DNA of 64,000 bases from Neoechinorhynchus agilis (taxonomy: Eukaryota > Animalia > Acanthocephala). The notes below the pieces were generated by a model. That model made no database searches, had not been told where the DNA came from, and was given only the letters and a program-made list of their open reading frames with translations. The DNA lies in contig CM121341.1 of assembly GCA_051530055.1 (NCBI GenBank), positions 18,268,784-18,332,783 on the forward strand. The letters run 5' to 3'. Positions 11,330 through 24,200 of this stretch are shown piece by piece (positions within the stretch are counted from its first letter, which is position 1; each line of letters opens with the position of its first letter). Both the position numbers and the translations under genes were made by a program.

Positions 11330-11825
11330 TTACAAATGTGATGTATAGCGTCAACCAGGACATCAATATTAGGCTTGATTTTATGAGAAGAAACCAATCT
11401 CAATATCGCTTTTGCAAATGTTCATTATTGAGCTGTAACTCAGTATAGACTTGTTAACTTTCATGAATGAGAAAAACTGTTAACATACATGCGTACGTTT
11501 AGAATTCTGGAATCCCTACTTTTGCATAACTCCATTTGCAATTCCTCTGCAACAGTGTCAATTTCTACAACAAACAGCGTTGAAAACAGTTGAAATTGTG
11601 GCCCAGTAACTAAAAGTCTGCAAAACGCAGATTAAACTGTTGAAGTAACTCAGACATCAAATCTACGTGTTTTTTCGAGCACTTGGGTTCAACTTTGCCT
11701 AAGTAATTCAGAGTTGAGAAATTGGCTAAGTTGCTCCATCCATAAACTTAATTGAATTCTGAAGGATTTCACACTGTCGTGCATCTGTGTAAAAATTTGT
11801 TGTTTACCTTGAAGCTTTATTCTTA
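11330..11825 (-). mobile_element. hAT (SPIN/Buster, GTF2IRD2-like) transposase remnant
   Basis: Frameshifted KLQGKQQIFTQMHDSVKSF..LW, ELQMEL and QFFSFMKVNKS..NEHL (hAT dimerisation region). Confidence 0.75.
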
Positions 11826-11831
11826 AATGCT

Positions 11832-12245
11832 TTTACTGGCAAGCCGGTTCTATTTATTTTATTTTTTCTTCTTGGCACGAAGCCACACCGATCTTTTACA
11901 TTAGAGAAGTGATTGAAAGACTTTGACTCTGATGTATACAGTAAAGAGTTTTTACGCATTCCTCCGGATTCTTAGATATTTCCACAGGAGGCGGGACTCA
12001 TCTGTGAGTTTCCTCCCCCCTTCAGCGGTATTTTGTCCCCTTTGGTTGTGCGTCATGGGCTATCGTGGATTTGAACTCATCCACTTAGCAATAGGGATTC
12101 AAAGCTCAAGTCCACTTGACCTCCTCCTGGAAGTATCTGAGGATCCGGAGGGATGTACAAACTCATAACCGTATGGTTCATGATTATTTAGTGATTCTAT
12201 GCGCTTCCCCGACCAAAATCGGTTAGTTATGTGTCCAAATTCAAC
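11832..12245 (-). mobile_element. Family 1 copy 2 (foldback, degenerate hammerhead)
   Basis: Shares the terminal hairpin tactggcaagccggt, both arms and the core with 4046-4466. The core is mutated (CAGAUGA, AAAA). Confidence 0.85.
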
Positions 12246-12369
12246 CGTGTACGGTTAACTTCATTTACATTTGAAATAATCTATAATTATAGAGAATTGT
12301 CGTCGGGGTGAATTTGATTCGAGTTTTGGCGATGCTTTTCCCCCGGATTGTTGTTGCTGTTGATCATTT

Positions 12370-12420
12370 ATTCAAAATATTTCGTAAGCTTTTTGCTTAC
12401 CTCTTCAGTTATATCTACAA
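12370..12420 (-). ncRNA. Minimal type I hammerhead (left arm)
   Basis: CUGAAGA-G-GUAAGC-AAAAA-GCUUAC-GAAA-UA-UU. Confidence 0.55.
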
Positions 12421-12699
12421 ATTAAGCTAAAGTCAGAATTGGACTATAGGCGTAGATCCGCGGGTTCGCCAAGCGCCGTGTGTATTACCTACGTGCCAGC
12501 TGCGGGCTGGACGCGACTCCGTTTCTAACGCTATGTTGCAATTCATCATCTTTACGTCCACTACAAAAAGAATAAATGTCCAAATAAATCGATAATAATA
12601 CAATCAATGAAAGCTCGCAATAACTCGGATCCCCGTACACGGCGCTTGGCGTACCCGCGGATCCGAGCCTATAATCCTATTTTGACTTCAGTTTAATTT

Positions 12700-12752
12700 G
12701 TAGATATAACTGAAGAGGTAAGCAAAAGGCTTACGAAATATTTTGAATAAAT
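12700..12752 (+). ncRNA. Minimal type I hammerhead (right arm)
   Basis: CTGAAGA 12710-12716, extra G, GTAAGC/GCTTAC stem, GAAA 12735-12738, TA-TT, then AATAAA. Confidence 0.55.
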
Positions 12753-13004
12753 GATCAACAGCAACAACAATCCGGGGGAAAAACATCGCCAAACTCGAAT
12801 AATCTATAATTGTTTAAATTTAAAGACATTTCTCAAAAGTATTTTTTCAGTTTTCGTTCATCCATTGTAATGTGTAAGTAAAATAAATACAAAATATGTT
12901 CAATAAAACTGTCGTCCTTGTCAGTGAAACATATACATCAACTATTTAATTTAAATCTGTATTTTGCAATATTGTGTTGAAGCGAAGCAAATAGTTTAGC
13001 AAAA

Positions 13005-13676
13005 CTATTCCCTGGAAGGCCGTTGTTCCCATTTCTGTTTCACTCGCCTATAAATGAACCATGACCGTAGTCCATTTGGCGATATATGGAACTTCTTTGC
13101 CATATAGGCGACTTGATCTTCTGTTATTCTGCTATTCACCGCGAACGTTACCTCCATGATTTTTTTGATATTGTTAGTTGATGTTTGAATGGGTAGGCAA
13201 CGCGGATCAGTAAAGCAGAGCTGGGAAATCTCTTCGTGATGATGAATGGAACTCCGTAATACCGGTATCCTTCGAGCTGTAAATGTCGCTCGAGCGTAAT
13301 TTTGTCTTTCCAGTCCTATATTCACGATGGGCATGTCACATTGAACCCGCAATCCAACATCGAAGATGGATTGTACTTGGCTGGCGTATTGTTCAATATT
13401 GTTGAAGCTTTTTGTTTCATGTTTTTTTGTACTGTTGCCAAATGCATTTACTAATTGTGTTAGCTCATCGTATCGACAAATTCCGCTTTTTAGAAGTGGT
13501 ATCTTTAGGGACGTGTAACGAGCACGGCTGTAATCTCTTAATTCTCGAATTAAACTTGGAGTGCCAATGTCTATGCGGCCTCGCATTCCAAGATCGATAG
13601 TGCATTTCTCGATGCCCAGAGCGTTATTAGTCCAATTCCATAAATGTGGATCAATACCCACATTGTTGTCGTTCAT
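13005..13676 (-). CDS. Divergent homeodomain protein
   Basis: C-terminal IMEVTFAVNSRITEDQVAYMAKKFHISPNGLRSWFIYRRVKQK has homeodomain helix spacing and a WF..RR.K.K helix 3. Confidence 0.65.
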   Translation of the reverse strand: MNDNNVGIDPHLWNWTNNALGIEKCTIDLGMRGRIDIGTPSLIRELRDYSRARYTSLKIPLLKSGICRYDELTQLVNAFGNSTKKHETKSFNNIEQYASQVQSIFDVGLRVQCDMPIVNIGLERQNYARATFTARRIPVLRSSIHHHEEISQLCFTDPRCLPIQTSTNNIKKIMEVTFAVNSRITEDQVAYMAKKFHISPNGLRSWFIYRRVKQKWEQRPSRE

Positions 13677-14916
13677 CTGTCAAAGTACAAAAGTTAGTAA
13701 AAAGATCTTATGACAAGATTTCATAATGATCACAGCATAGTTCTGCTCTTACCATTGGACTTAGTGTGGAGATACTTTACTTAATATAAGTAAAAAATGA
13801 ATCCGATAAAAGTAAAGAAAGTACAAACCCTAAAAAAATTGTCTTTAAATTTAATATTCGTATTTCATTTTGGGCAGCAAACGAGAGAATATATTTTACT
13901 GTTTTCTCTACATTTTAAATGAGATAGCTATAACATTGAGAAAGGATGTGCACGGAATTGGGAAATAACCGAAATGAAGTAGTTACCAGAAAAGATCCAG
14001 CCGTAACTGTTGTGATCATCTAAGAAAAATACTAGCGCAATCTTAACAATGAGGTGATGTTGCCGATGTGTTTTGCGATCGTCCAAAATTTGGTCCCAAC
14101 AACAACGCAGTTTTATATCACTCTTGCAAAGATGGGCATTTGATTGCAGCAACCAATCAGATTTTAAGCGTTTATGGAAGGTGCCGTTGACTTTTTTGCA
14201 GTATTAAATAAAATTTGAGCATATGTCGCAATGGATGAGTGTTGGCCAAAACATGTTAAATAGCGAATTTTATTATTTCAATAATATTTTAAATAAGCAT
14301 GTAAAAAATCTCAGTCGCTTTGTTGATAGCCCGCCAAATCGATTCAAACTTTTCGTAGCACTTTCTAAACGAGTATACTATTTTCGCGAAATACAATGTT
14401 TCCAAAGAAAAGTCCAATCTAAGTAAAAAGGAAATCTGTTTGCTTTAAAAACGTATAAAACTACGCATGAGTTTATGGATTTAAGGGACAGTAACAAATA
14501 TGTTTGCAAGTTTCCTACTTAAAAAGTCGAAACGCCATTAAAAGCGCAGTGAACAGTTCAACCATAGGATTTAAAGATTATAATTTCTAAAATAAACTAC
14601 TCGTGAGGTTAAATAGTGGCAAGATAAACTTGATTAAAATTTGTAATTGAATTGATAGACTTAAATCTTAAATACTGGTAACCATAAACGGAATGTAGAA
14701 CTTGCATAGCTGTGACCAAATTATGACGACAATACTATTTGAATTATCCACAGTTATTTGATTTCTTAAAACATTTCTACTTGTAGCTCCACAGAACTGT
14801 CGGTTTAATGCCTATATATATTTTAAAGCATAATTGGTAGTGCTTATTAATTAAAGTTAAAGATAAAATCCATGAGTATGTGAAAGTGGGGAAAATTATA
14901 TATCCAAGAATCACTT

Positions 14917-14961
14917 TAATTAAATATTTCGGCCAATCACGCTGGACTTCTTCAGTCAATT
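14917..14961 (-). ncRNA. Degenerate minimal hammerhead
   Basis: AAUUGA-CUGAAGA-A-GUCCAG-CGUGA-UUGGCC-GAAA-UA-UU-UAAUU. One stem II mismatch and an imperfect stem I. Confidence 0.5.
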
Positions 14962-15670
14962 ATTGTTTGCATTTTCCCCACTTGCGCTTATAAATTGTTA
15001 ACTGTGTGTATGTGGCTATTTGTAATAATGCATATAAACCAATGTTACATATTGATTTTATTTTGGCCATAAAAAGTACGCACGGGATATAACAGTCATC
15101 TGCTTCTTCAGCACCCAAAGGCTTCGAATCACGACACCGAAGTCACATGTTCTCTCACGGTATCGATATATATATTAATCGTATAGGCCCATTACATTCT
15201 CAAAGAATAAGAATTTAAGAAATCTATAGTACATATAAAAGCATAAAAAATCTTTATGCAAAAAAATAGGAATATATACTTAATATAAACCATTACTGAA
15301 ACGTTCGGTAAATTTCTGGCCGTCGACTGAAGGGTATTTACTGATAATACTCGCTCAATACAAAATTCAAGGTAGAGCGATGGGAGCAAGTTCCAACCAA
15401 AGAAGACGAACGGCGTAATAATCGTGCAAAATTTTGGCAGCTCGAAAAGTATAGTTTACCTCGGAATAATAACATATCCCGGAGCTACGAAACTGTCATC
15501 ATATCGAATTATTGTTGTAATCGATTGCAAAACAAAGTAATATTCGTGACCGGTACAAGAAAAGTATTTACAATCAACCACAAGTATAGTTTTGATAATA
15601 TTTAGGCGTTGCCCACCGACAAATAATTACTTAATATCTTAAATTTCAAATATCTGAGAGGCCAAAAAGG

Positions 15671-18600
15671 ATGACTACATTCGAAGCAGTACGCAATGAC
15701 GAGAGCAGTAAGATTCAACTTAAACCATACGATTATCAGGTAAGAAGTTGAATAAGCACCAAAATCACAATCACCAACCTTCAACCATTTAGCTTCTGCT
15801 TTGTGAATTTGCCAAGCAACATAACGTTATCGCGGCCCTCGGCACAGGAAGTGGAAAGACTTATGTCGTTGTCATGATAATCAAATATTTTCTGTCACAA
15901 TAATTCGTAAACTTCTCCAATAAACTTGAAGACTACAACGCCATTGAACAGTACATGAGAAGTGGTCATGCAGATAAAAGCAAAACTGAGCAGAAGATTG
16001 AAGTCGATGCGAATCCAGACGAAGGTGTTTTGTTAAATCTGATTGGTCGCTTGACATGACGGACGTCTTCGAACCAAATTCAAGTCGATGTAATCAGGAA
16101 TCTGATAATGGATCCGAAAACAGCTTAAACGAGGAAGCGGTAATAAGGATCGGAAAGGTAGATGCTCGTCTAATCGACCTTGTTCGTGTTATCTATAAGT
16201 ATGCAATCTCAATAACGTCGTCTCGGGTATTTGCGATTCCAATATTTCTCTTCAAATGTACAAAAAATCACGAAGATAATAGAACAAAGTATTCTTGCAT
16301 AATTTCGCTGCCACAAAACAGTCCAGCGAAAGCATGGATAACCGCTGGACCGGAATGCGAGTCAAAGAGAGTGGCCAAATTCTTGGTAGCCGCACAACCC
16401 TGCCAAATGTTATATGAATCCGGAGAACTAAAAGATAATCTCATTCCTGTCTCCTTTGAGATAAAGCAAGCGGAAGAAGAAGCGAGACGCCAAGTCCGTG
16501 AAAGGCAAAAGATCGAATATGAGTTCAGGCCTATTCCTATGTGGAAATCGTTAATGCCTGATTCGAATGGAATTCAAAAACCACACTGGCTCTATCGTGT
16601 GTGGGTGGAAAACAGAATTCTAGGAATCGGATTTCTCTCATGGGATAATTTAGCGGAAAAGCAATTTTCGATATTTCATCGAACCGCTCAAATCATTACA
16701 TCTTTAAGAGTTGATCTTTCAAAACAATTGAACGATAGTGAATTACAAATTGAAACCATAAAGACCATAAGGGCTTTCACAGGTCATATCATTGAAATCC
16801 TCAGCAAAGAAAAAAACGCAGGAAAAAATGGCTTTCTGCTCAACTCAAGGACTTTGCATGCCTTGTTGTTCCGTTCAAAAACCATTCCGACGAAATTGAC
16901 AACGAAATTTTATCCAAATTTGAGTTTGCTAAAAAAAGACGACGGCGAATCATGCGAAGTTGTGCTTGACAAAGGAAATAAACCGACCAAATCATCGCTA
17001 GTTTACCGCCTCTACGGAAACATCCATCTTCGCTCCTCATTGCTGGTTGTGAAGGATTTGTCAGATCGTTCGGCAAATTCGGCGATTAAAATCAAAGACG
17101 ATGGAAACAAGGAGACGTATGCCGATTATATGAAACAAGCTTACAACATTACCATCAATTATCCAAGTGACCAACTCGTTCACTGTTCAAGCGTTCATAG
17201 AACATTGCAGTATATGCAAATGAAGAAATTATGGCCACTAAAAATCCGAGATTATAGTAATTCAACAACCAAGAGTGTACTTCTTGTTCAGGAATGTGTT
17301 CAAGTACTTCCTACCAAAATGGAACACGTCTATGAATCCGGACTGGTGTTGAAGTGTCTTTGGGAGCTCGTTCGATATAAACGTTCGATTTCATTGTCCC
17401 AGAAAATTATAGAACTTCTCGCGGTTGGTGCTGGAGTGACGGACAAAATTAAGATCCAAATATCTCAAGTGACTGCATGGCCAGCAAAGCCCAATTGTGG
17501 ATCGCTCACGAAATCATGGGAGCAGCCATTAATAAACGACCACAGAAGTTTCGTGAATATTAAAGTGAATCCGTTCAATGAACCATCTATAGAGAAATTA
17601 TGCGGTGACTTCTATAACAAAAAGGAAAATATTATCAGACTGCCAGAAGATTTGACAACTGGATTAAACATTGCAACAACGTTACATTCGTGTTCCCACG
17701 ATGGAGATTCGGAACGCGTCTAGTTTTTGGGAGACGTTATCTTGAAGACCGTCGCAACTCTTTATTTCTTCAACACGTCCGACGAAGAAAAATCTAACGA
17801 GAGTATATTGTCCAGCAATAGACAACTCTTAATTTCAAATGATTTCTTATTTCAAGTAGCGGAGAAGCTCAAGATCAGAAATTTTTTGGCAGTGGAAAAG
17901 TTCACTGTTCTTCGACGAGACCATCTTGAAGATCTCCTGCAGTTTTCCGACGTCTACCAAAACGAATCGTCAACGATGAATTATAAAAGATTGTCGGACG
18001 TAATTGAAGCAATCCTTGGCGTGTTCTTCGTATCAACAGGATCGTTCAATCTGTGCATACGATTACTTTCCGGGCTCTATGGTCGATCACTAACGCCCGA
18101 CAAACACTTCGTTTGTAAACCCAATCAGATACAAGCAAATTCTTCACTGCCCGGTTCCAGTCAGCTTACAGATTCGTTAGAAAACCTGTGGCGATCTAGA
18201 TCTCTTTATCAGCTCGAAAAAATCTTACAATATGAGTTCAGAAACAAGAAACTGCTCATGGAAGCGACATCTCACGCCAGTGACGTAGCAAACAATCAGA
18301 CTGTGTGCTATGAACGATTAGAATTCCTTGGTGACGGTATTCTCGATTTTCTAGTTTCATGGCACATCTACGCGGAGTGTCCAGATTTTGATCCTGGGAA
18401 GCTCTCAAGGCTGAAAGGAGTTCTCGTTTCTAACCGCTTATTAGCGACGATATGCGCACTTAATGGAATTCATCGATACTTGTCGTACGGATCTAACAAA
18501 ATGATGCATTCAATTGACGAATTTTTTGCTTTTTTGGTATCCATTGCCGACACCTTAGCTCCAGCAAAGTATCCATATGCGAAACTCCCTCAATGCAACT

Positions 18601-19058
18601 TTAAGGAGCCCAAATACATGGCAGACATGATAGAATCCTGCGCTGGAGCCATCTTTATCGACAGCGATTACTCCTTCAATGCAGTTTGGCTTTCGTTTTA
18701 TCCGATTTTGCAATATCCGATCGAACAACATATTAAAGCAGAAAAAGATAAAAGCGACGAAAAAGCAAACATTTTAGCCATCGCTATAGATTCTTCGAAC
18801 CAAACAAATCAAGAAGATGCTGTTGTCGATGCAATTCGCGATCGCTGTGACAGCGAACACGTTTCAGACCTCGCGAAATATAAAATTTCGAACGCCACGA
18901 CGCACATCAGCATCGATTGTGGTAACACAAATAATTATAAATATGAATTTCAAAATAATATTGATCGTAAGAGAAGCAATGATGAACAAAATGCCAATAC
19001 GATAATTGCAACGAAAAGATTGAGGCTCAGCGAAAAATTTCCGGACTGGGAAAAATGA
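15671..19058 (+). pseudogene. DCR: Dicer duplicate lacking the helicase; probable pseudogene
   Basis: Near-identical to 42768-47586. About 1.43 kb of helicase is deleted at 15895, there is a compensated frameshift pair near 16830-16930, and TAG at 17721 replaces the RNase IIIa signature Glu. Confidence 0.9.
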
Positions 19059-19592
19059 CGCAACTTGTAAACTTAATGTAAATTTAAAATTTTCTTGAAT
19101 GAAAACATGGTTTTGTTATAAAATTTGAAATTTTGCAGCAACTTTGAACGAAATTTTTGCGTAGTTTTTACCAACGAACATTCTACACACGGGAAAAATA
19201 TCGAAAACGTTCATGCACGCTAATATAGTTGGGAACAAAAATTGCGCTCCAGTGAAACTGAAGGAAAAGGTACCGCCAGATCCTCCGGATATTCGAGGGA
19301 GAATTTTGATAAAGAACAACAACAAGGTTGTTTGTCTTCAAGTGCGACGGCAGTTCCCGCCGGTGTTTTGTGTGATAGTGTTTCCCAAAAAATATGGAGT
19401 ATTCTCTTACTCTGTATAAAAACTCTCCCAAAAAAGAGATTCATTCTCCGAATATCGAAAGATCTCTCCTCAAAAATTATCATGTCAATAATATGACCCT
19501 CACGACAGGGTGGTTTACGCAAATTTTCAATTAAAAAATCGTTCGACACTAAGTTTTTCATGATGGTAGAGGTTAAGGACCTTTTCACTTAA

Positions 19593-21207
19593 ATGCTTAA
19601 AGATGCCAACATCAAAGCTGAGGATTTATCATTACGAGTCAGTTTTCTAATGGACTTGACGGTTTCAGACTTCGGGGAAATTGAAAAAGATTTAAATATA
19701 AAACTTATAAAATATCTATTTCGAAAAGGCGGATCCAATGCAGCGACCATTCATGTTGAGGAAATATTATGTGGCTCAGAAAAGGGTTTTTTTCTCATAA
19801 TGTCACCTTCACAAGATACGGGGAATCTCTTCACGATTGCGCTTTTCTCTTTTTGTCAAAGCTGTGCTCGTTGGGGGTATTTTACCCATCAATGCTCCTT
19901 TCCTCCAAGATGTAGTGGCAGTTCTGAGGCTCATAGCACGTCTAAATGCCCGCAACCTCAAGTAGTGAAATGCCCTAATTGTGGTCAGAATCATCCTGCC
20001 TTCTCGAGAAAATGTGCAGCGGCTGTTCGATTTCTAAATGAATGCTTCTCGATTGCAAAAGAATCGGTCCCTAATTCCAAGTCAGTTGACACAATTCCCA
20101 AACAAAATGTCTGGACCAACTCCAGGCCGCCTCTAATAAAGGCTTCCGTCAAAGCCCTTGGCACATCCCTGTTTAAAGCGGGACATCATGGACCCACTAG
20201 TCTTGATTTTTTGATTCCATCCTCAGACTCTTCTCCCCCCAACTGGGCGAGTCATTCTCCATCTTTCTTCAGAGAATCTCTCAGCCCCCAAAAGCTGGAT
20301 CACATTTCTCATGACGATTTGGTTCCTAGCCTTATCAAAGAAATTAACCAACTAAGAGAACTAGTGAGCTCTCTTATCCAAATAAAAATATCTATTTCGA
20401 AAAGGCGGATCCAATGCAGCGACCATTCATGTTGAGGAAATATTATGTGGCTCAGAAAAGGGTTTTTTTCTCATAATGTCACCTTCACAAGATACGGGGA
20501 ATCTCTTCACGATTGCGCTTTTCTCTTTTTGTCAAAGCTGTGCTCGTTGGGGGTATTTTACCCATCAATGCTCCTTTCCTCCAAGATGTAGTGGCAGTTC
20601 TGAGGCTCATAGCACGTCTAAATGCCCGCAACCTCAAGTAGTGAAATGCCCTAATTGTGGTCAGAATCATCCTGCCTTCTCGAGAAAATGTGCAGCGGCT
20701 GTTCGATTTCTAAATGAATGCTTCTCGATTGCAAAAGAATCGGTCCCTAATTCCAAGTCAGTTGACACAATTCCCAAACAAAATGTCTGGACCAACTCCA
20801 GGCCGCCTCTAATAAAGGCTTCCGTCAAAGCCCTTGGCACATCCCTGTTTAAAGCGGGACATCATGGACCCACTAGTCTTGATTTTTTGATTCCATCCTC
20901 AGACTCTTCTCCCCCCAACTGGGCGAGTCATTCTCCATCTTTCTTCAGAGAATCTCTCAGCCCCCAAAAGCTGGATCACATTTCTCATGACGATTTGGTT
21001 CCTAGCCTTATCAAAGAAATTAACCAACTAAGAGAACTAGTGAGCTCTCTTATCCAAATAATTAAAATGAATGGCCTGGCCATCCCAAATAAAAATGATA
21101 GTTCGGTTTATACAATTAACTCAGCAATTAAGAGGCTAAACTCCCCTCCCCTCAAGGAAACTGATTTAATAAGCAAGCGAGGGAGATCCTCTTCGTTCTC
21201 CGAGTAA
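19593..21207 (+). CDS. LINE ORF1 with three zinc-knuckle-like motifs (interrupted by a tandem duplication)
   Basis: CQSCARWGYFTHQC, CSGSSEAHSTSKC and CPNCGQNHPAFSRKC. Confidence 0.75.
19709..21060 (+). repeat. 676-bp tandem duplication within LINE ORF1
   Basis: The same peptide recurs at a 676-bp offset (for example MSPSQDTG at 19800 and 20476). Confidence 0.92.
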
Positions 21208-24200
21208 ATGACTAGCTCCCCTGGATGCACCTTCTCAACCTATAATGCTTCTAGAGCTCCGAACCTACCTTCTAAAATTTTGCAAATTGTACCAGACACT
21301 TTGCCAGATATTTTTTTCAAGAGTCGGGATTTCGTACTCTTGTTAATCTTCAAATATACAAAGTTGTCGGGAAACTTGTTAATGGACTTCTCCGATGGTT
21401 TACAAACTTTTGTTAAAAAGTCCCTAAAACCTAAAATGTTATTTCAACTCAAGAATGATATATTTGCAATACAAATAATTGCTATTAGGAACCCGCTTTA
21501 CTCCATTAATCGATCAGCAGCCGAAATACTCATCATAGCAAATTTTTATGTCGTGCCAAGGAAAGTCAGCTGCTTTATAAAGAATCACATTAATATAATT
21601 ACTTTATGGAACCCTGGCATCATCTGGGGTGATTTTAACAGCAATGGCCTTTCTGTCTTTATTTCCTTTTGCAGGGAATATCGAGTGCTCCTCTCTGAGT
21701 ATCCATCCTTTCATAATTATACTAAAAATCATAATTCCTTTTTAGACGGAGCTTTTATCAAAAAATCGATTGCGTATAATTTTTGTCCTATCATCCAAGC
21801 TCAATCTCAACAATATTTAGGACAGTCGTCTTGAGGTCAATACTTTATCCATTCAAGAATTTAATTCCCAAATATATTCATTCTTACCATCTAACAACAT
21901 TATTACTTTAATTAACTTAAATAATATAATTATTACCGCTATGAATAATCATCTCACTAAATGTCGTTTTATTAAGAGATACTTTATATCTAAACAAGCA
22001 ATTTTTTTATAAATATTCCATACTTGTCAATTTGAGAAATGATGTGACCCTCCAGAAGGATGCTATTTTAAAAAATTTCTACAGTGTATTATGATTCCCT
22101 CGCTCGGGATAAAAAGCGACTTTTATCCGTACCAGCGTTCACTAAGGAACTTGGGAATATAATTCTTAAGCGGAGATTTATTTCTTGGAAATATTTAGCT
22201 GCAAATTGGATTGGCACAATTTCTTACCCAGCAGTAGTCGAACAAATTCTTAATGATCACACATTCTCCATCCTCCTGCACCCACCTTTGTCCATCTTCA
22301 CTGATAAAGATTTCAGTTGGAACTTCAATACTGCCGAGCTTTCAAACTTCTGGAAAATTATTCCTTCTAGGGCAAATAACATTTTTAGTTTCTCCCCCTT
22401 AATTTTTTTCACTATTCTCCGAAATGAATAAGATCTTTTTCGCTGAAAAATTTTACGACAAAACCAATATAAATGACATAATCGAGATGAACATTGTCAG
22501 GAAAATTATTATCCCCAAAATTAAATCAAAAATTGGTACCCCTTCTCACATACGGATGATCGCCATACAAAATCCAATAATTTCCTTCTTCGAAAAATAA
22601 TCAATTCCAGACAAATCAGCTTTTTGGAAAGCAAAAAAATTATTCCCCCGTCTTTTCATGGCTTTATTCCAGGTCGTGGTATTCACTGATTTTTTTATTG
22701 AATTACACTCCCTTAATGAAAAATAAGTGAATGTAAATAAATTTTTAGTTCGACTGGATTTGAATAAAGCATTCGACTCAATCGATAGACGACTATTGTA
22801 TAAAGCCCTCTATTTTTTTAAAGTTATCAAATGTATAAAACAATGTAACACGCACACTATAAATTCTATGAATGAACATAGTTTCGTTTTCTTCAAATGT
22901 TATGTTTGTTCGGCAGCTTCTTTGATGGCCGCGGCATTGCCGCGTTGGATCGCCGCGCTGATTCGCTGCAACAGTAAGCTGCTGGATCGCATATCGCCGG
23001 TGGCATGTTTTAGCATCCCTCCCAGTCGTGAGAGGAAATAATCGGCTTCTTTGCCGAGACATCCCAGTGTTTCCACCGCAATCGGGATGAAAATATATTG
23101 ATGCCCATCGAGCGAGGAGTACTTCTGCCGCTTCTTTTCCTCGCTGAAACCGGCGACTGCTCCCGCCTTTGAGGTGGCATCCCGTAAGTGGGATGCTGCG
23201 AGTGTGTTGGGGCAGGTAAAATGCCAAACCAGTATTTTCCCGGAGCACCATGGGAGGAGAGTCGCTCCATCAGGGCGTTTACCGTCGTTCCGGGAGAGTC
23301 CAACTGGTTCGAGTCGAGCTGGAATACCGGCCGTTGAGAGTGCTTCCCTGATTATGCGGTTGACTGCTGAGTGCCGTGCGTGGCGAGCAGTTGAACGCTT
23401 GCAGTCAAGGCCGTGAGTTCCCGATACGTTCACTGTCTCACCGCACCGACACGTATATGAGCCTGAGAATTCGATGCCCAACCGAAGTCCCACAGCGACG
23501 GTGATGGCCTGATCATCTAGCCTCGTGCCAACAGATGTGATTGGGAAAGCCTTCAAAAAGTCGCTGGAATGTGGAGCTGAGACTGCCAAGAGACGAGCTC
23601 TATCGTTGGGAGATGAGCATGAGTTAAGAAGCTACTGATAATACGCAGTGTGGAGCAAGGTAGTCCAACGTTTTTGGGAGTTTGTTTCCGTTGGAACGAC
23701 TTGCCCGAACACTGACGTCCATTGAGCGTGCGCTTCGAACAGTTCAGGCGGTGGATGTGACTCGTGTCGAATGTGTGGTGGGATGATTCTCGGCAACAGG
23801 TCTGAAGAGACCGAGATCGACGACGAAAAGGCAGGAATTGCTACTTAGGTGGCACTCTGGATGCCAAGACCGCCGAATCGAATGGGAAGGATCGCCTGTT
23901 TCCATGCTGTGTTGGACAGTCGTAATAATCTTATGGAAACTAAATCTGTTCGTTATCACATAAAATCTGGCCGTACTCGTTTTTTCTCTAAATACGGTGT
24001 ACCACAGGGATCTCCACTGTCCACTACTCTGTTTCTAATTGTTATTATATACAATTTTAAGAACATTGTGGACAAATCAAAATCGGTCTACCCTCTGATT
24101 TACGCAGATGACATTTTTATCTTTTGTAAACAAAAAAGTAGGACTTTCCTCTTAAATCATATAGATTCCTTTTTAATAAGGTTACAGAATGGCCTCAAGG

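Larger units (their letters stand above)
12289..12797. mobile_element. Family 2 foldback element with a minimal hammerhead in each arm and a 14-bp TSD
   Basis: Inverted arms at about 12316-12482 and 12637-12800. Direct repeat aataatctataatt at 12275-12288 and 12798-12811. Confidence 0.85.
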
